From sequence record MZ501058: 64,000 nt of DNA. One strand, 5' to 3'. Shown here piece by piece: positions 10,258 through 19,254 of the stretch. This stretch comes from Escherichia phage DaisyDussoix. The notes below the pieces were generated by a model. That model worked only from the letters and a program-made list of their open reading frames with translations, was not told the origin of the DNA and did not search any database. Position 1 is the first letter of the stretch; each line of letters starts with the position of its first letter. The position numbers were made by a program, and so were the translations under genes.

Positions 10258-11229
10258 TTAATCGTATACTCGCTCTACTATGCACGGGATTACACCACCA
10301 GCACGAATTACTCGAATCTGGCAACCGATCTCTAGATCAAGAGAGTTAATATAATCAACGTTATTAAGAGTCGCCTTAACAATTGTAGCATCATCAATAA
10401 TTACCGGTTCGAAATAACCAACTGGAGTTACTTTACCAGAAGCCCCTACCTGCCATTCAACTTTAGTAAGAGTTGTAATTTCGCCTTCTTCATCCTCTTT
10501 AATAGCGAATGCTCCACGAGGAAATTTATTAGTCCAGCCTTCACGGAAGAATTTGTTGTTGTCATTAATACGAACAACTTTACCGTCCGTCGGAATCCAT
10601 TTAAAGAAGGAACACACATTAACAACTGTTAAGAAGTTCTCATTCTCTAGCCAAAGCATATCTTTTAAATACGTTTCTGTAATACCTACAGATTCAGCAG
10701 AACACTGGACACCATATGCAACGAAGATTAAACCACCTTCCCCGATACGTTGTACGAAATCATCGCTATCTTTGAGGTTAATAGCACCAGAGGCAAAGTT
10801 ACGTTTATTTTCTACTTCTTTTGTAATTAGAACTTCGCCAGTGATTTGAGTAGGTACTTTTTGGGAAATCTTTTTAGGAATGTTCAGCAATCTTACGTTG
10901 CTTGTGACATCATTCCCTAGAATACCATTACCACGAGTTAGTGCTTGAACAAATTCGCCATTAATATATAACAGAGAAATCGCACAACCATCTAACTTAT
11001 CAGTTTCTACCTGACCTAATGGGTTAAACGGAGGTTTATCTCCACGATTATAATAAACTTTCTGTAAAGAATACATACGATACAGATGTGGAATATCACC
11101 CTTAGGCCCGATCTCTTCTTCTAATGGAAATCTTTTAATCAGACGATCATATTCTTCGTCAGAGATTAAAGACATTCCCTGGTAATATGCCTCTTGACAA
11201 CGTTTAATAAAGTCTTTTACATTATTCAT
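10258..11229 (-). CDS. lig: NAD-dependent DNA ligase, N-terminal adenylation/OB subunit
   Basis: KxDG adenylation motif (ETDKLDGCAISL), TRGNG motif; 323 aa. Confidence 0.8.
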   Translation of the reverse strand: MNNVKDFIKRCQEAYYQGMSLISDEEYDRLIKRFPLEEEIGPKGDIPHLYRMYSLQKVYYNRGDKPPFNPLGQVETDKLDGCAISLLYINGEFVQALTRGNGILGNDVTSNVRLLNIPKKISQKVPTQITGEVLITKEVENKRNFASGAINLKDSDDFVQRIGEGGLIFVAYGVQCSAESVGITETYLKDMLWLENENFLTVVNVCSFFKWIPTDGKVVRINDNNKFFREGWTNKFPRGAFAIKEDEEGEITTLTKVEWQVGASGKVTPVGYFEPVIIDDATIVKATLNNVDYINSLDLEIGCQIRVIRAGGVIPCIVERVYD

Positions 11230-11434
11230 CGTCTGCGATTTCCATTTTGAGTTCTTTATTATACTGAGCAGCCATACCAGCTAAATCAGCAGCTTCTTTC
11301 AACCACGCATCTTTGTACGCTTTCTGGTTTGGAGTGCCGATACTATCCTGGTAATTGATTCTTGCTATGGAGAGCAAATTAAGTTTTGCTTGAATTTTTG
11401 GAAGTGTTACTTTCATAATTGATCCTCCTATCAA
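11222..11434 (-). CDS. hypothetical small protein (likely start at 11416)
   Basis: AGGAGG RBS 7 nt before internal ATG (MKVTLPK...). Confidence 0.45.
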   Translation of the reverse strand: MIGGSIMKVTLPKIQAKLNLLSIARINYQDSIGTPNQKAYKDAWLKEAADLAGMAAQYNKELKMEIADDE

Positions 11435-11440
11435 TTTATA

Positions 11441-11484
11441 TAAATATTATATAACAAAACTGAGTTGAAAGCAAATACATTTAT
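11441..11484 (-). promoter_or_regulatory. T5-type sigma70 promoter
   Basis: rc TTGCTT-N17-TATAAT. Confidence 0.55.
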
Positions 11485-11501
11485 AAAGAAAAAGCCAAGA
11501 A

Positions 11502-11810
11502 CTAGGCATTCTTGGCTTTGAGTTCTTCAGCTCGTTTCTGTACTTCATGTAAAACCTCAGATTCGCTAAGAATCTGTGTAAACGCATAGAAAAGCTGTGA
11601 TGTTGTTTCTAGGGTGTAAGGAAAAGAGAAGCCAGATTTCGTTGGAAACCATTCATCATTAATATCAAGAAGCCAGTAACGAATACCCATGTATAGATTC
11701 CCACGAAATTCAGATACTGTTAATCTTACTTGTTCTCCCTCCTTCTCCCAAAGTATGATGGACTGGTCATCAACGTGTCCTTCATAGTTTTGATTTACCT
11801 GTTCGCTCAT
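11502..11810 (-). CDS. PC4/YdbC-like ssDNA-binding fold protein (tentative)
   Basis: 102 aa; VRLTVSEFRGNLYMGIRYWL...DEWFPTKSGFSF resembles PC4-like core. Confidence 0.45.
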   Translation of the reverse strand: MSEQVNQNYEGHVDDQSIILWEKEGEQVRLTVSEFRGNLYMGIRYWLLDINDEWFPTKSGFSFPYTLETTSQLFYAFTQILSESEVLHEVQKRAEELKAKNA

Positions 11811-11821
11811 TTACATATCCC

Positions 11822-11850
11822 AAATACACAAAAAGCCCCATATAGGGGCT
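11822..11850 (-). terminator. intrinsic terminator
   Basis: minus strand AGCCCC-UAUAU-GGGGCU followed by UUUUUGUGUAUUU. Confidence 0.6.
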
Positions 11851-11860
11851 AATTGGTTTC

Positions 11861-12157
11861 TTATCGGCCTACTGGAGAAGCACGATCTAACTCTGATTGG
11901 AGGCTAGTCACACGACGGACTTTCTCGACAGGAATAAAACGGAAGCTATCATTAGTACGAGAGAAGACAAGGATCTCATCATCTTTCGCTTTACGAATAC
12001 GTTCACGTTTAATACGCTCAGCCAGATATTTATCTTGGGCTGGATCAAATTCCATCGTACCCTGAAGGTACGTGGTTCCTTTCTGACGAAGTTTCTCGTA
12101 ATGAAGATAAAACTCACCAAATTTTTCACATTGTGCGATAATTTCAGCTTTGGTCAT
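11861..12157 (-). CDS. hypothetical protein
   Basis: ORF track 98 aa; chosen over overlapping alternative-frame ORFs because flanking genes are minus-strand. Confidence 0.4.
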   Translation of the reverse strand: MTKAEIIAQCEKFGEFYLHYEKLRQKGTTYLQGTMEFDPAQDKYLAERIKRERIRKAKDDEILVFSRTNDSFRFIPVEKVRRVTSLQSELDRASPVGR

Positions 12158-12193
12158 AACTGTGTTCCTTTTGTTGGTGGATTTATCTAAAAA

Positions 12194-12604
12194 TTACTTA
12201 GTGATAGCTCGGATTGCTTCTGCTAGATGAGCAGCCGCTTTACCGGTCAGTTTGTCGATAATTGCATCATCCAGAAAATCTGGTGCTAGGCCAGCATCAG
12301 AGAATGCTGAACGAAGATCGGCATGAGCTTGGGCTTTGGAAGTACGAGAACCACCAGAAGCTTTTTCTCCAGTAGATGCGCTAGATTTAGAAGCAGAGCC
12401 AGCAGCTTTCTTGATATACACACCTGCTTTAGTTAGCTTCATACGAAAACCGTTCGGAGTTACACCATTTTCCTGAGCAATCTCGCTAACAATTTCCATG
12501 CTAACACCCGGACGTTCATCCTCTGGGAATTGCTCCATACGAGCAACGTATTCGGAAGACATTTTTTCGAACAGTTCATCAGTCCACTGAGTTGGAGTAG
12601 TCAT
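12194..12604 (-). CDS. hypothetical protein with HTH-like repeat related to 8523..9290 product
   Basis: 136 aa; MEIVSEIAQENGVTPNGFRMKLTKAG unit. Confidence 0.5.
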   Translation of the reverse strand: MTTPTQWTDELFEKMSSEYVARMEQFPEDERPGVSMEIVSEIAQENGVTPNGFRMKLTKAGVYIKKAAGSASKSSASTGEKASGGSRTSKAQAHADLRSAFSDAGLAPDFLDDAIIDKLTGKAAAHLAEAIRAITK

Positions 12605-12656
12605 ATTTTATATTTCCTTAATTAAGAATTAAACAGAATAGTTCTTTCAAACTATG

Positions 12657-12700
12657 AGAATATTATATCAAGAATTATAGGATTAAGCAACTGAAATTTT
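12657..12700 (-). promoter_or_regulatory. T5-type sigma70 promoter
   Basis: rc AAAAATTTCAGTTGCTT-N17-TATAAT. Confidence 0.55.
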
Positions 12701-12710
12701 TCGGTAATTG

Positions 12711-12971
12711 CTACACATCTAGCTCAACAATCTCCCAATCATCCGCTAGAGCTTCATCTAGAGTTAATTCAACCTCTTCATCACTAGGCAGCAGTGTAGT
12801 GTCTGGAGGCATCCACACGTATTGGCGTACAGTATTGCTGTCTACGTCAAACTTCAATAGTACAGTATACTCTTTATTATTTTCCCAGCTATCCCGTTGG
12901 AGATATTTTACATCTCCATCTTTAAGTAAATCAGTTAGCTTACTCACGGCGTTTTCCTTTTTCTTTATCAA
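12711..12971 (-). CDS. hypothetical protein
   Basis: ORF track 86 aa. Confidence 0.45.
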   Translation of the reverse strand: MIKKKENAVSKLTDLLKDGDVKYLQRDSWENNKEYTVLLKFDVDSNTVRQYVWMPPDTTLLPSDEEVELTLDEALADDWEIVELDV

Positions 12972-13644
12972 GTTTTAGAGCAGCCTTAACAGCTTCGTTA
13001 ATCAACGTAATAATTTCTTCACGAGTCCATTTATATCCCAGAGATTTTACATCAACCCCTAGCTTTTCCAGATGTTTAACAGAAGCCAGCTCGTAATTCA
13101 TATAGTGGACGTTCTGTTGTTTGCCTTCTGATAGAAGCCATACACGGTAACAACCAACAGGATTATCCATTGCTTTTTTGATTTCACCAATACACTGGTA
13201 TCCAGGAACCCAAACAAGCTCACCAACTGCAAATTCTTCTGCTACAGCATCATCAGGAATAATCGGAGGATTCAATGGGTCTACAATATCATTCAAACGA
13301 AGTAGAGCACCATATCGTTCCAGAACAGATTTAACCATTGCTACAGAACGGTAATTACGATCGGCAATTTCTTCAAAAGAATCACCAGATAAATACTGCT
13401 CAATAACGTTAGCTAACTCAATGCCTTCAATGAGTGTGCCACGTTTCTTTTTCTTCATCTCGGCAACTTGAATTTGGCGATCTTGCCACTCTTCTATCAT
13501 CCTTTCCATAGTTGGGTTGGATGATACGCCAAGCATTTCACATGCTGCTTTCTTAGTACCACCGTTCTCCAGATGCTCTATAACCTTTTTAAAGACTTCA
13601 TCAGGGATTTCATGGATATGTTTCTTTCTACGAGAACCGGCCAT
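12940..13644 (-). CDS. HTH-domain protein (putative regulator)
   Basis: 234 aa; N-terminal GGTKKAACEMLGVS helix-turn-helix-like segment. Confidence 0.5.
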   Translation of the reverse strand: MAGSRRKKHIHEIPDEVFKKVIEHLENGGTKKAACEMLGVSSNPTMERMIEEWQDRQIQVAEMKKKKRGTLIEGIELANVIEQYLSGDSFEEIADRNYRSVAMVKSVLERYGALLRLNDIVDPLNPPIIPDDAVAEEFAVGELVWVPGYQCIGEIKKAMDNPVGCYRVWLLSEGKQQNVHYMNYELASVKHLEKLGVDVKSLGYKWTREEIITLINEAVKAALKLDKEKGKRRE

Positions 13645-13670
13645 ATTTAAACTCCTCTCTCAAATTTATG

Positions 13671-13714
13671 AATCTATTATACAGAAAACTTTTCCTGAAA
13701 GCAAATAAATTTAT
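13671..13714 (-). promoter_or_regulatory. T5 early promoter closely resembling PN25
   Basis: rc AAATTTATTTGCTTTCAGGAAAAGTTTTCTGTATAATAGATTCATAAATTTGAGAGAGGAG. Confidence 0.7.
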
Positions 13715-14291
13715 AAATAAGCTGCTTTCAGCTTGTTATATCTATAAAGAATAGCTGGGGCGCTTTTAAATCCAAGCACTCTAGCAGTTTTTCTCCAAGA
13801 ATTGGTTTTCTGGTATGTAGATTCTATTAATTCTAAGGTTAGGGTATCGCTGGAGGGAACAGCCACAATGTATTTAAGCATAGCCTTACGCCTATAGAAT
13901 GCAGCTGCTTTAGTTATGCCCATACTTTCTAATTTCTTAATTTCTTAATTTCTACTAGGAAATCTGGATGTTCTCTCCAATTTTTATTATGAAATTTTAT
14001 TGCATTAGCTCTGTAGGTTAATACCTGCAAGTTAGATAGTCTAGGATCTAACTTATCATCATTTATATGGTCTACTACCAATTCTGATTCTAACCCAGGA
14101 AGTAGCCCAAAACAATAAGCTACTAACCTATGCACCCTCACATTTATAGGGAGGCCGTCCTTCATTAAATTAACTTGTAAGTACCCAGCAGTATTTTGAC
14201 CTGGAGTAAGAAACTTGTAGGAGAGAAAAGAGTACACCTCTCCATTTTCATTCACTGCATAGTCAGGAAATTCGGGAATTCTTATAAACAT
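13711..14291 (-). pseudogene. HNH homing endonuclease (NUMOD4/HNH + C-terminal HTH) disrupted by frameshift; two ORFs 13929..14291 and 13711..13923
   Basis: 120-aa HNH part and 70-aa HTH part align to intact 191-194 aa paralogs; junction is an 8-bp tandem repeat. Confidence 0.6.
13931..13953. repeat. 8-bp tandem repeat AATTTCTT x2.9 at HNH frameshift site
   Basis: AATTTCTTAATTTCTTAATTTCT read directly; removing one unit restores the reading frame. Confidence 0.7.
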
Positions 14292-14632
14292 TATTGTTCC
14301 TTGAGCGAAGAAGAAAGTTCAGCATATACTTTATCTAACTCAAACCCTATGCGAAGGGATACGTTAGTCCTCCGTTGTTTAAGTAACCACTCGGATATGT
14401 TAGGGATGCCAGCTAATCTGTGCGGTACCACCCTACACAGCTTTTCCGAAGTATCATAAACAGGAACTTTACGTTCTTTTACTGGAAACTTCCTTGTTTC
14501 CCATTTTTTATTCTTCACTGTCATATCTCTCCGAGGGATTAAATTCACCAAACAGCTCTTTAACTCCCCTAAGGTATAGCTGATGGGCTTCTTCCGGGGT
14601 ATCTCGTCTACCAAAAATATGCTGCTTCCCAT
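14291..14632 (-). CDS. hypothetical protein (overlaps HNH gene; true start likely internal)
   Basis: ORF track 113 aa. Confidence 0.3.
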   Translation of the reverse strand: MGSSIFLVDEIPRKKPISYTLGELKSCLVNLIPRRDMTVKNKKWETRKFPVKERKVPVYDTSEKLCRVVPHRLAGIPNISEWLLKQRRTNVSLRIGFELDKVYAELSSSLKEQ

Positions 14633-15038
14633 CGCAGTAAGCGTAGGCCATATACCTATTACCTCGTTTTACAACTCCAGTGAATCCGGTAGAATTAGTA
14701 GAACACTTCTTATTCTTTCCATTTTCGGAATAGGTAGCCTTACGTAAATTATCCCACAAGTTGTTTAAACTATCACCGTCTTTATGGTCGATAGTTTTAT
14801 CTCCAGGATCTTCGCCTGTCTTTATAAACCAGATTATTCTATGGGCTAAGTAAGCTGTCCGCTCCCCATTTATCGTAAACTCTAGCTGTCTCCCAGTTTT
14901 CATTTTGGAGCCCGCTACCTTTCCCTTCCTTGGGCCAGATAACCAAATTAAGTCCCCAGTACTTTCGTCATACCTAAGCTTTTCTAGGATAAATGCCATA
15001 GGAGGCATTGGTTTATGCGTCTTCATTAGTTGCTCCAA
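14508..15038 (-). CDS. HNH homing endonuclease (AP2-domain type)
   Basis: 176 aa; AYLAHRIIW...IDHKDGDSLNNLWDNL. Confidence 0.75.
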   Translation of the reverse strand: MEQLMKTHKPMPPMAFILEKLRYDESTGDLIWLSGPRKGKVAGSKMKTGRQLEFTINGERTAYLAHRIIWFIKTGEDPGDKTIDHKDGDSLNNLWDNLRKATYSENGKNKKCSTNSTGFTGVVKRGNRYMAYAYCDGKQHIFGRRDTPEEAHQLYLRGVKELFGEFNPSERYDSEE

Positions 15039-17919
15039 GTTCGGACAGTACTTCTTCTGCCATAGCCTTCTCTTCCTCTGTCATGAATTTGAAAGGAATT
15101 GGCATACACTCGATTTTACAATAGGTTCTGTACCAGTCTACGATATTTTCAGTGTTCATATCCTTACCAATACCCATCATACCAAGATACATTCTAGCAT
15201 ATTTTGGGTTAGCACTCTGACCTGTTTTAAGGAAGAAGTCTTTCTTCTTACCCTTCAGAGCTTCTATGAATGGTTTAATAGTTACATTTGAACACTTCTT
15301 AATATCTTCCCAGAACATCTCGTGCATCTTATGGAAGAATGCAGCTCGATCATTCGGTTTATCTTTGATATATTGTTCAACATGCTCAACTGTTACATCT
15401 TTAAAAGACTCAAGATGATAATAGCGAACAAGAAGTAGTTTAGCTTCATATGCATCTGCATGACGTGGAGCACAATAATCTGGAGTTGAATGCAGAATAG
15501 CTTTGATTCGCTCTTCCGTATATTCTTTTCCTGCACCTTCGATAGTTCCCCAGCTTTCACTGAAAATATCAATAGTTGCACCCTGATCAAGCAAATAATA
15601 ACGTAAAGTACTAGTATAGTTCCTAGATTCCAGCTCCCTACGACGTGCGTATAATTGCTGTGCTAACTCCAGCCAACCTTCATCAATGTTATATTGCTCA
15701 GAACCTGCGGAGAATCCACTCGTAGATTTATCAATAAAATAATAAATGTTCTGAGCGCCACGGTCGCGCCTGATTGCTTGGAAACGCATGTTTGGCGCTT
15801 GGTTGCTGGTTCTAGTAATAACGAATACGTTATCAAAGTAGTTGAAGTCAACGCCACTTGTTACTGATGGACTACATAATAAGCAATCAATTTGTTGGTC
15901 AATTAGCTCATTAGTTGTGTAATCCAGAATACGTCGAATATCTACATCAGACGTAGAGTTTGAGTGGATTTCCTTAACTAATGCACCAGTATTACGACGC
16001 AGTGCCATACCCTTCTCATTCAGTTCATCCGGGCCACAGTCAGATACTAGGATAGATTTCTCCCCCATCTCTAGCGAAGTCTGAAGTGCAACCCAAATAC
16101 TGGATTCATCCGGGAACTCATAAGCATGAGCTTTTGACAGCATCTTACGGTGGTGATTATAAAATGCAACCGGTTTATCAAACTCAATCAAGGAACCATA
16201 TGCTTCAATTGTTTCTGCACTAATATCACCATCTGATAATATAATGATTTTTGCAGTTGCAAGAATATCCCGAAGAACCTGAATACATTCACGACGCTGT
16301 TTAACAACCGGGGCGAATAATAGGTCATTCATTACAGCATCACATTCATCGATAAAGATTGCATCGATTTGACCAATAAAACTCTTGAACTTATGCAAAG
16401 AGTGAATAGTTGTGGACATACGGTCAATAGCGCCACGCTTAAAATTAAGCATATCTACAGACTTATCATATTGTCCTGCACTAAATTTCTTAGCATTTGA
16501 AGATACCAGTGCTCGAGTATTGGTAATTGCTAAGAAATTACCTTTAATAACTCCTGAATCTAACCAACGCACAACCGCCGTAGTTTTACCTGTACCTAGA
16601 CTTGCTTTTACAAAAGTCATATAACCTTCTGGTGGTACAGTATTTAATTTCAAGAAGTTATCAGTTTCTAGGGAATTAGTTTCTAGCTTTTTAAGTGGAA
16701 TACCTTTTAAAACATCCGGTATATCACGTTTAGAATTATTAACAAACGCTTTCAGAGCCTGTTTACGACCGTTATTAAAGTAATCTTGAATATTACGACT
16801 ATTATCTTTAGTTGCAATGTATTCTGATAAGGCTGGACGGATTTCTTTTTCTAGCCATGCGAAGTCAACACCATCCTCTAAAGCTCTGTGATAAAGTTTA
16901 GGTATGATACGTAGGTACACCCCATCCTCAGCTTCTTCTAGTTCGCTGATAGTTTCCTCTACTTTATCGGAGGCAGCTTTTTTACCTTTAATTTGATCGA
17001 GTAGAGAGTAGAATTCCTCTTTAAACTCTCCTCTAGTTGTTTCATAGTCAACCAGGTTATTAGGTAAATTTACCTTTGAGCCTTTAACAAATACCAGACG
17101 TGAAGCACCCTCCGCTTTAAACGGATCAACTATACCATCAGTAAATAAAGGATCTGCAAAATAGTGGAGCTGTACGGAAGAGTAATAAGCTAAGTCGGCA
17201 ATATCAAAGCCATACTTTTGTCTACTACTTTCGTTGATAGATGTAAATAAGAACTTGATCTGACCCTGCGTAACTTTAACATTAGATTCTAGTATTAAGT
17301 GCATTCGGATACCTGGTTTTAGGCCAGCCGAAGACGATGCATGAGCGATAAACCCTGCATCAAGAGGAAACATATCCTCGCTAATACTATTTAACATCCT
17401 AATAATATGTCGAGCCATGCCAACAAGATCAAACTTGTTACAACCTCCTGTATCTACAATACCATCCACGTCCATTGCAATTATATGACTTGGATTAGAT
17501 ACATTAAAGTTGCCCTTCTTACGTCGCACATTATTTTTGGGTGCAAGACATCGACCTCGTACCGCAACGATATGAGGGTCAGACGTTAAACGTCTCATAA
17601 GAGGGAGCATTTCTACTAGGGTTTGAGGATCAACTTCATCAATTACATCAAACTTGAAGGGCATTGAAGCTGGTTTACCTTCAGGATGCTTTGAGGAAAA
17701 TCTTTTAGCAAAAAGATAGTCTTCTGCTTTAACTTCTCGCCAATTGCCTGTGGCTAAATCGCGATGAAATCCTGCATGACCTTGTAGGATTGAGAACACA
17801 ACAATACTCCTGTATTGGAAATGAAATAAGTTTTCTTTAGGACTATTCAGAAAGAATAGAACAACTGTTACTGTCAATTTCTCAACAATTAATCGCAAAT
17901 ACTGAAGGGGGGGTGGCAA
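15013..17919 (-). CDS. large SF2-type ATPase/helicase, putative replication origin-binding protein (likely true start ATG at 17664)
   Basis: Walker A SLGTGKTT, Walker B IFIDECD; track start is TTG with odd 85-aa N-terminal extension. Confidence 0.65.
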   Translation of the reverse strand: MPPPLQYLRLIVEKLTVTVVLFFLNSPKENLFHFQYRSIVVFSILQGHAGFHRDLATGNWREVKAEDYLFAKRFSSKHPEGKPASMPFKFDVIDEVDPQTLVEMLPLMRRLTSDPHIVAVRGRCLAPKNNVRRKKGNFNVSNPSHIIAMDVDGIVDTGGCNKFDLVGMARHIIRMLNSISEDMFPLDAGFIAHASSSAGLKPGIRMHLILESNVKVTQGQIKFLFTSINESSRQKYGFDIADLAYYSSVQLHYFADPLFTDGIVDPFKAEGASRLVFVKGSKVNLPNNLVDYETTRGEFKEEFYSLLDQIKGKKAASDKVEETISELEEAEDGVYLRIIPKLYHRALEDGVDFAWLEKEIRPALSEYIATKDNSRNIQDYFNNGRKQALKAFVNNSKRDIPDVLKGIPLKKLETNSLETDNFLKLNTVPPEGYMTFVKASLGTGKTTAVVRWLDSGVIKGNFLAITNTRALVSSNAKKFSAGQYDKSVDMLNFKRGAIDRMSTTIHSLHKFKSFIGQIDAIFIDECDAVMNDLLFAPVVKQRRECIQVLRDILATAKIIILSDGDISAETIEAYGSLIEFDKPVAFYNHHRKMLSKAHAYEFPDESSIWVALQTSLEMGEKSILVSDCGPDELNEKGMALRRNTGALVKEIHSNSTSDVDIRRILDYTTNELIDQQIDCLLCSPSVTSGVDFNYFDNVFVITRTSNQAPNMRFQAIRRDRGAQNIYYFIDKSTSGFSAGSEQYNIDEGWLELAQQLYARRRELESRNYTSTLRYYLLDQGATIDIFSESWGTIEGAGKEYTEERIKAILHSTPDYCAPRHADAYEAKLLLVRYYHLESFKDVTVEHVEQYIKDKPNDRAAFFHKMHEMFWEDIKKCSNVTIKPFIEALKGKKKDFFLKTGQSANPKYARMYLGMMGIGKDMNTENIVDWYRTYCKIECMPIPFKFMTEEEKAMAEEVLSELGATNEDA

Positions 17920-18293
17920 CTTCCCCTTTCACGCTACACTGCCGCTTCACTATACCGCACAAATCCTTGAGGATGGCCGCTAAGCCAGATTTGCTCACCT
18001 AATGCTTCATGTACTAGCTCATACTAGATGCAGTATACCTTACGTCATCACTTCTCAGAGTTTTTCACTCTTCCCGTCTCACTTCACAACCACCTCACAC
18101 TAGGTTGCTTCGAGGCCTTACCAGGGTTCCTACGGGGTGTAGATCGCTAAGTATTCTATTAACTATTTGTTTAAAAACTAACACGTAACAGTTAAAACAA
18201 CCCTTAATGGGGCAGCCTAACTGTTCCGTATCGCGGATTGTAAACAAGAAAAATTAGCAAAATCAGTTTTTACTAATGTCTCTCAATTCAATA

Positions 18294-18335
18294 TAAATAT
18301 TATAGCAAGATTTTGAGCATCGTGCAAGTAAATTT
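18294..18335 (-). promoter_or_regulatory. T5-type sigma70 promoter (-35 TTGCAC)
   Basis: rc AAAAATTTACTTGCAC-N18-TATAAT. Confidence 0.5.
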
Positions 18336-18418
18336 TTAAAGAGAATGCTATCATTGGTCTTGAGTACGGATAAAACCGAGCCAAAATGACTCGGTAATCA
18401 GGATTGAGCTAATGAAAA

Positions 18419-18814
18419 TCAATCATCATTTAGGCCTGGGACATAGATTCCAATGCGATTTAATTGACCTTTAGCTTCTTCGAGAATATCTTCGGTGTAC
18501 TCCCAAATATCATCTTCTACTTGCAAAAGATAAGGGGATTCACCAGTTTCGGGGTCACGTGTAATGGCTAAGCCACATGGATGGAATATAGAGAAGTTGA
18601 GGGCAACAATCAAGCCCATGCTGGACAATTCATTCCAGTCAGCTTCCCAACCATCATCTTCATTTTCGTCCACAAAGACACCTACACTAGGGTCTGTTAC
18701 AGAAGTAAACGGAAATGTTACACTAACCTTGTCAACCCCCAACCAACGTGCAAGGAGCCCCTCAGCACGCTCTACCAAACTAGGATCTATCTGACGCCAA
18801 AATACTTGTTCCAT
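18419..18814 (-). CDS. hypothetical protein, paralog A of tandem pair
   Basis: 131 aa; shares W.EL..MGL..ALN...F.P...R..TGE.P...IPGL pattern with 18824..19252. Confidence 0.5.
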   Translation of the reverse strand: MEQVFWRQIDPSLVERAEGLLARWLGVDKVSVTFPFTSVTDPSVGVFVDENEDDGWEADWNELSSMGLIVALNFSIFHPCGLAITRDPETGESPYLLQVEDDIWEYTEDILEEAKGQLNRIGIYVPGLNDD

Positions 18815-18823
18815 TCTGCCTCC

Positions 18824-19252
18824 TTAAGCAGTTAAACCTGGGATCATATACCCGAAACGACGAAGTTTCTGAATCCCCTCATTTACTTCCTCGGGCGAAT
18901 ATGACCAGCCCTCACGTTCATTTACCTGGAAAGCAGGAGCTTCACCAGTGCGATAATTTACAATAAGACGGTGATTTGCAGGCATAAACAGCTTATGATT
19001 CAAGGCAAAAACCAGACCCATTTCATCGAGTTCTTTCCAGTCTACAATCTCTTCTACTCCCTCCCCTAAATCCACGCTAACTCCAATACACGGAGCTTCC
19101 TCTAGCGGGCCTTTAAAGGATAAGAAGATATCGTTATTCTCACACCAAATCTTGAGCAGATTGATGGTTTCATTATACATACCATTAGGGAGAGAGCGCC
19201 AGAAGTTGAGAAGCATAGGATTTACCTCTTTCATGAAAATATTATTGAACAT
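18824..19252 (-). CDS. hypothetical protein, paralog B of tandem pair
   Basis: 142 aa; same conserved pattern as 18419..18814. Confidence 0.5.
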   Translation of the reverse strand: MFNNIFMKEVNPMLLNFWRSLPNGMYNETINLLKIWCENNDIFLSFKGPLEEAPCIGVSVDLGEGVEEIVDWKELDEMGLVFALNHKLFMPANHRLIVNYRTGEAPAFQVNEREGWSYSPEEVNEGIQKLRRFGYMIPGLTA

Positions 19253-19254
19253 GC

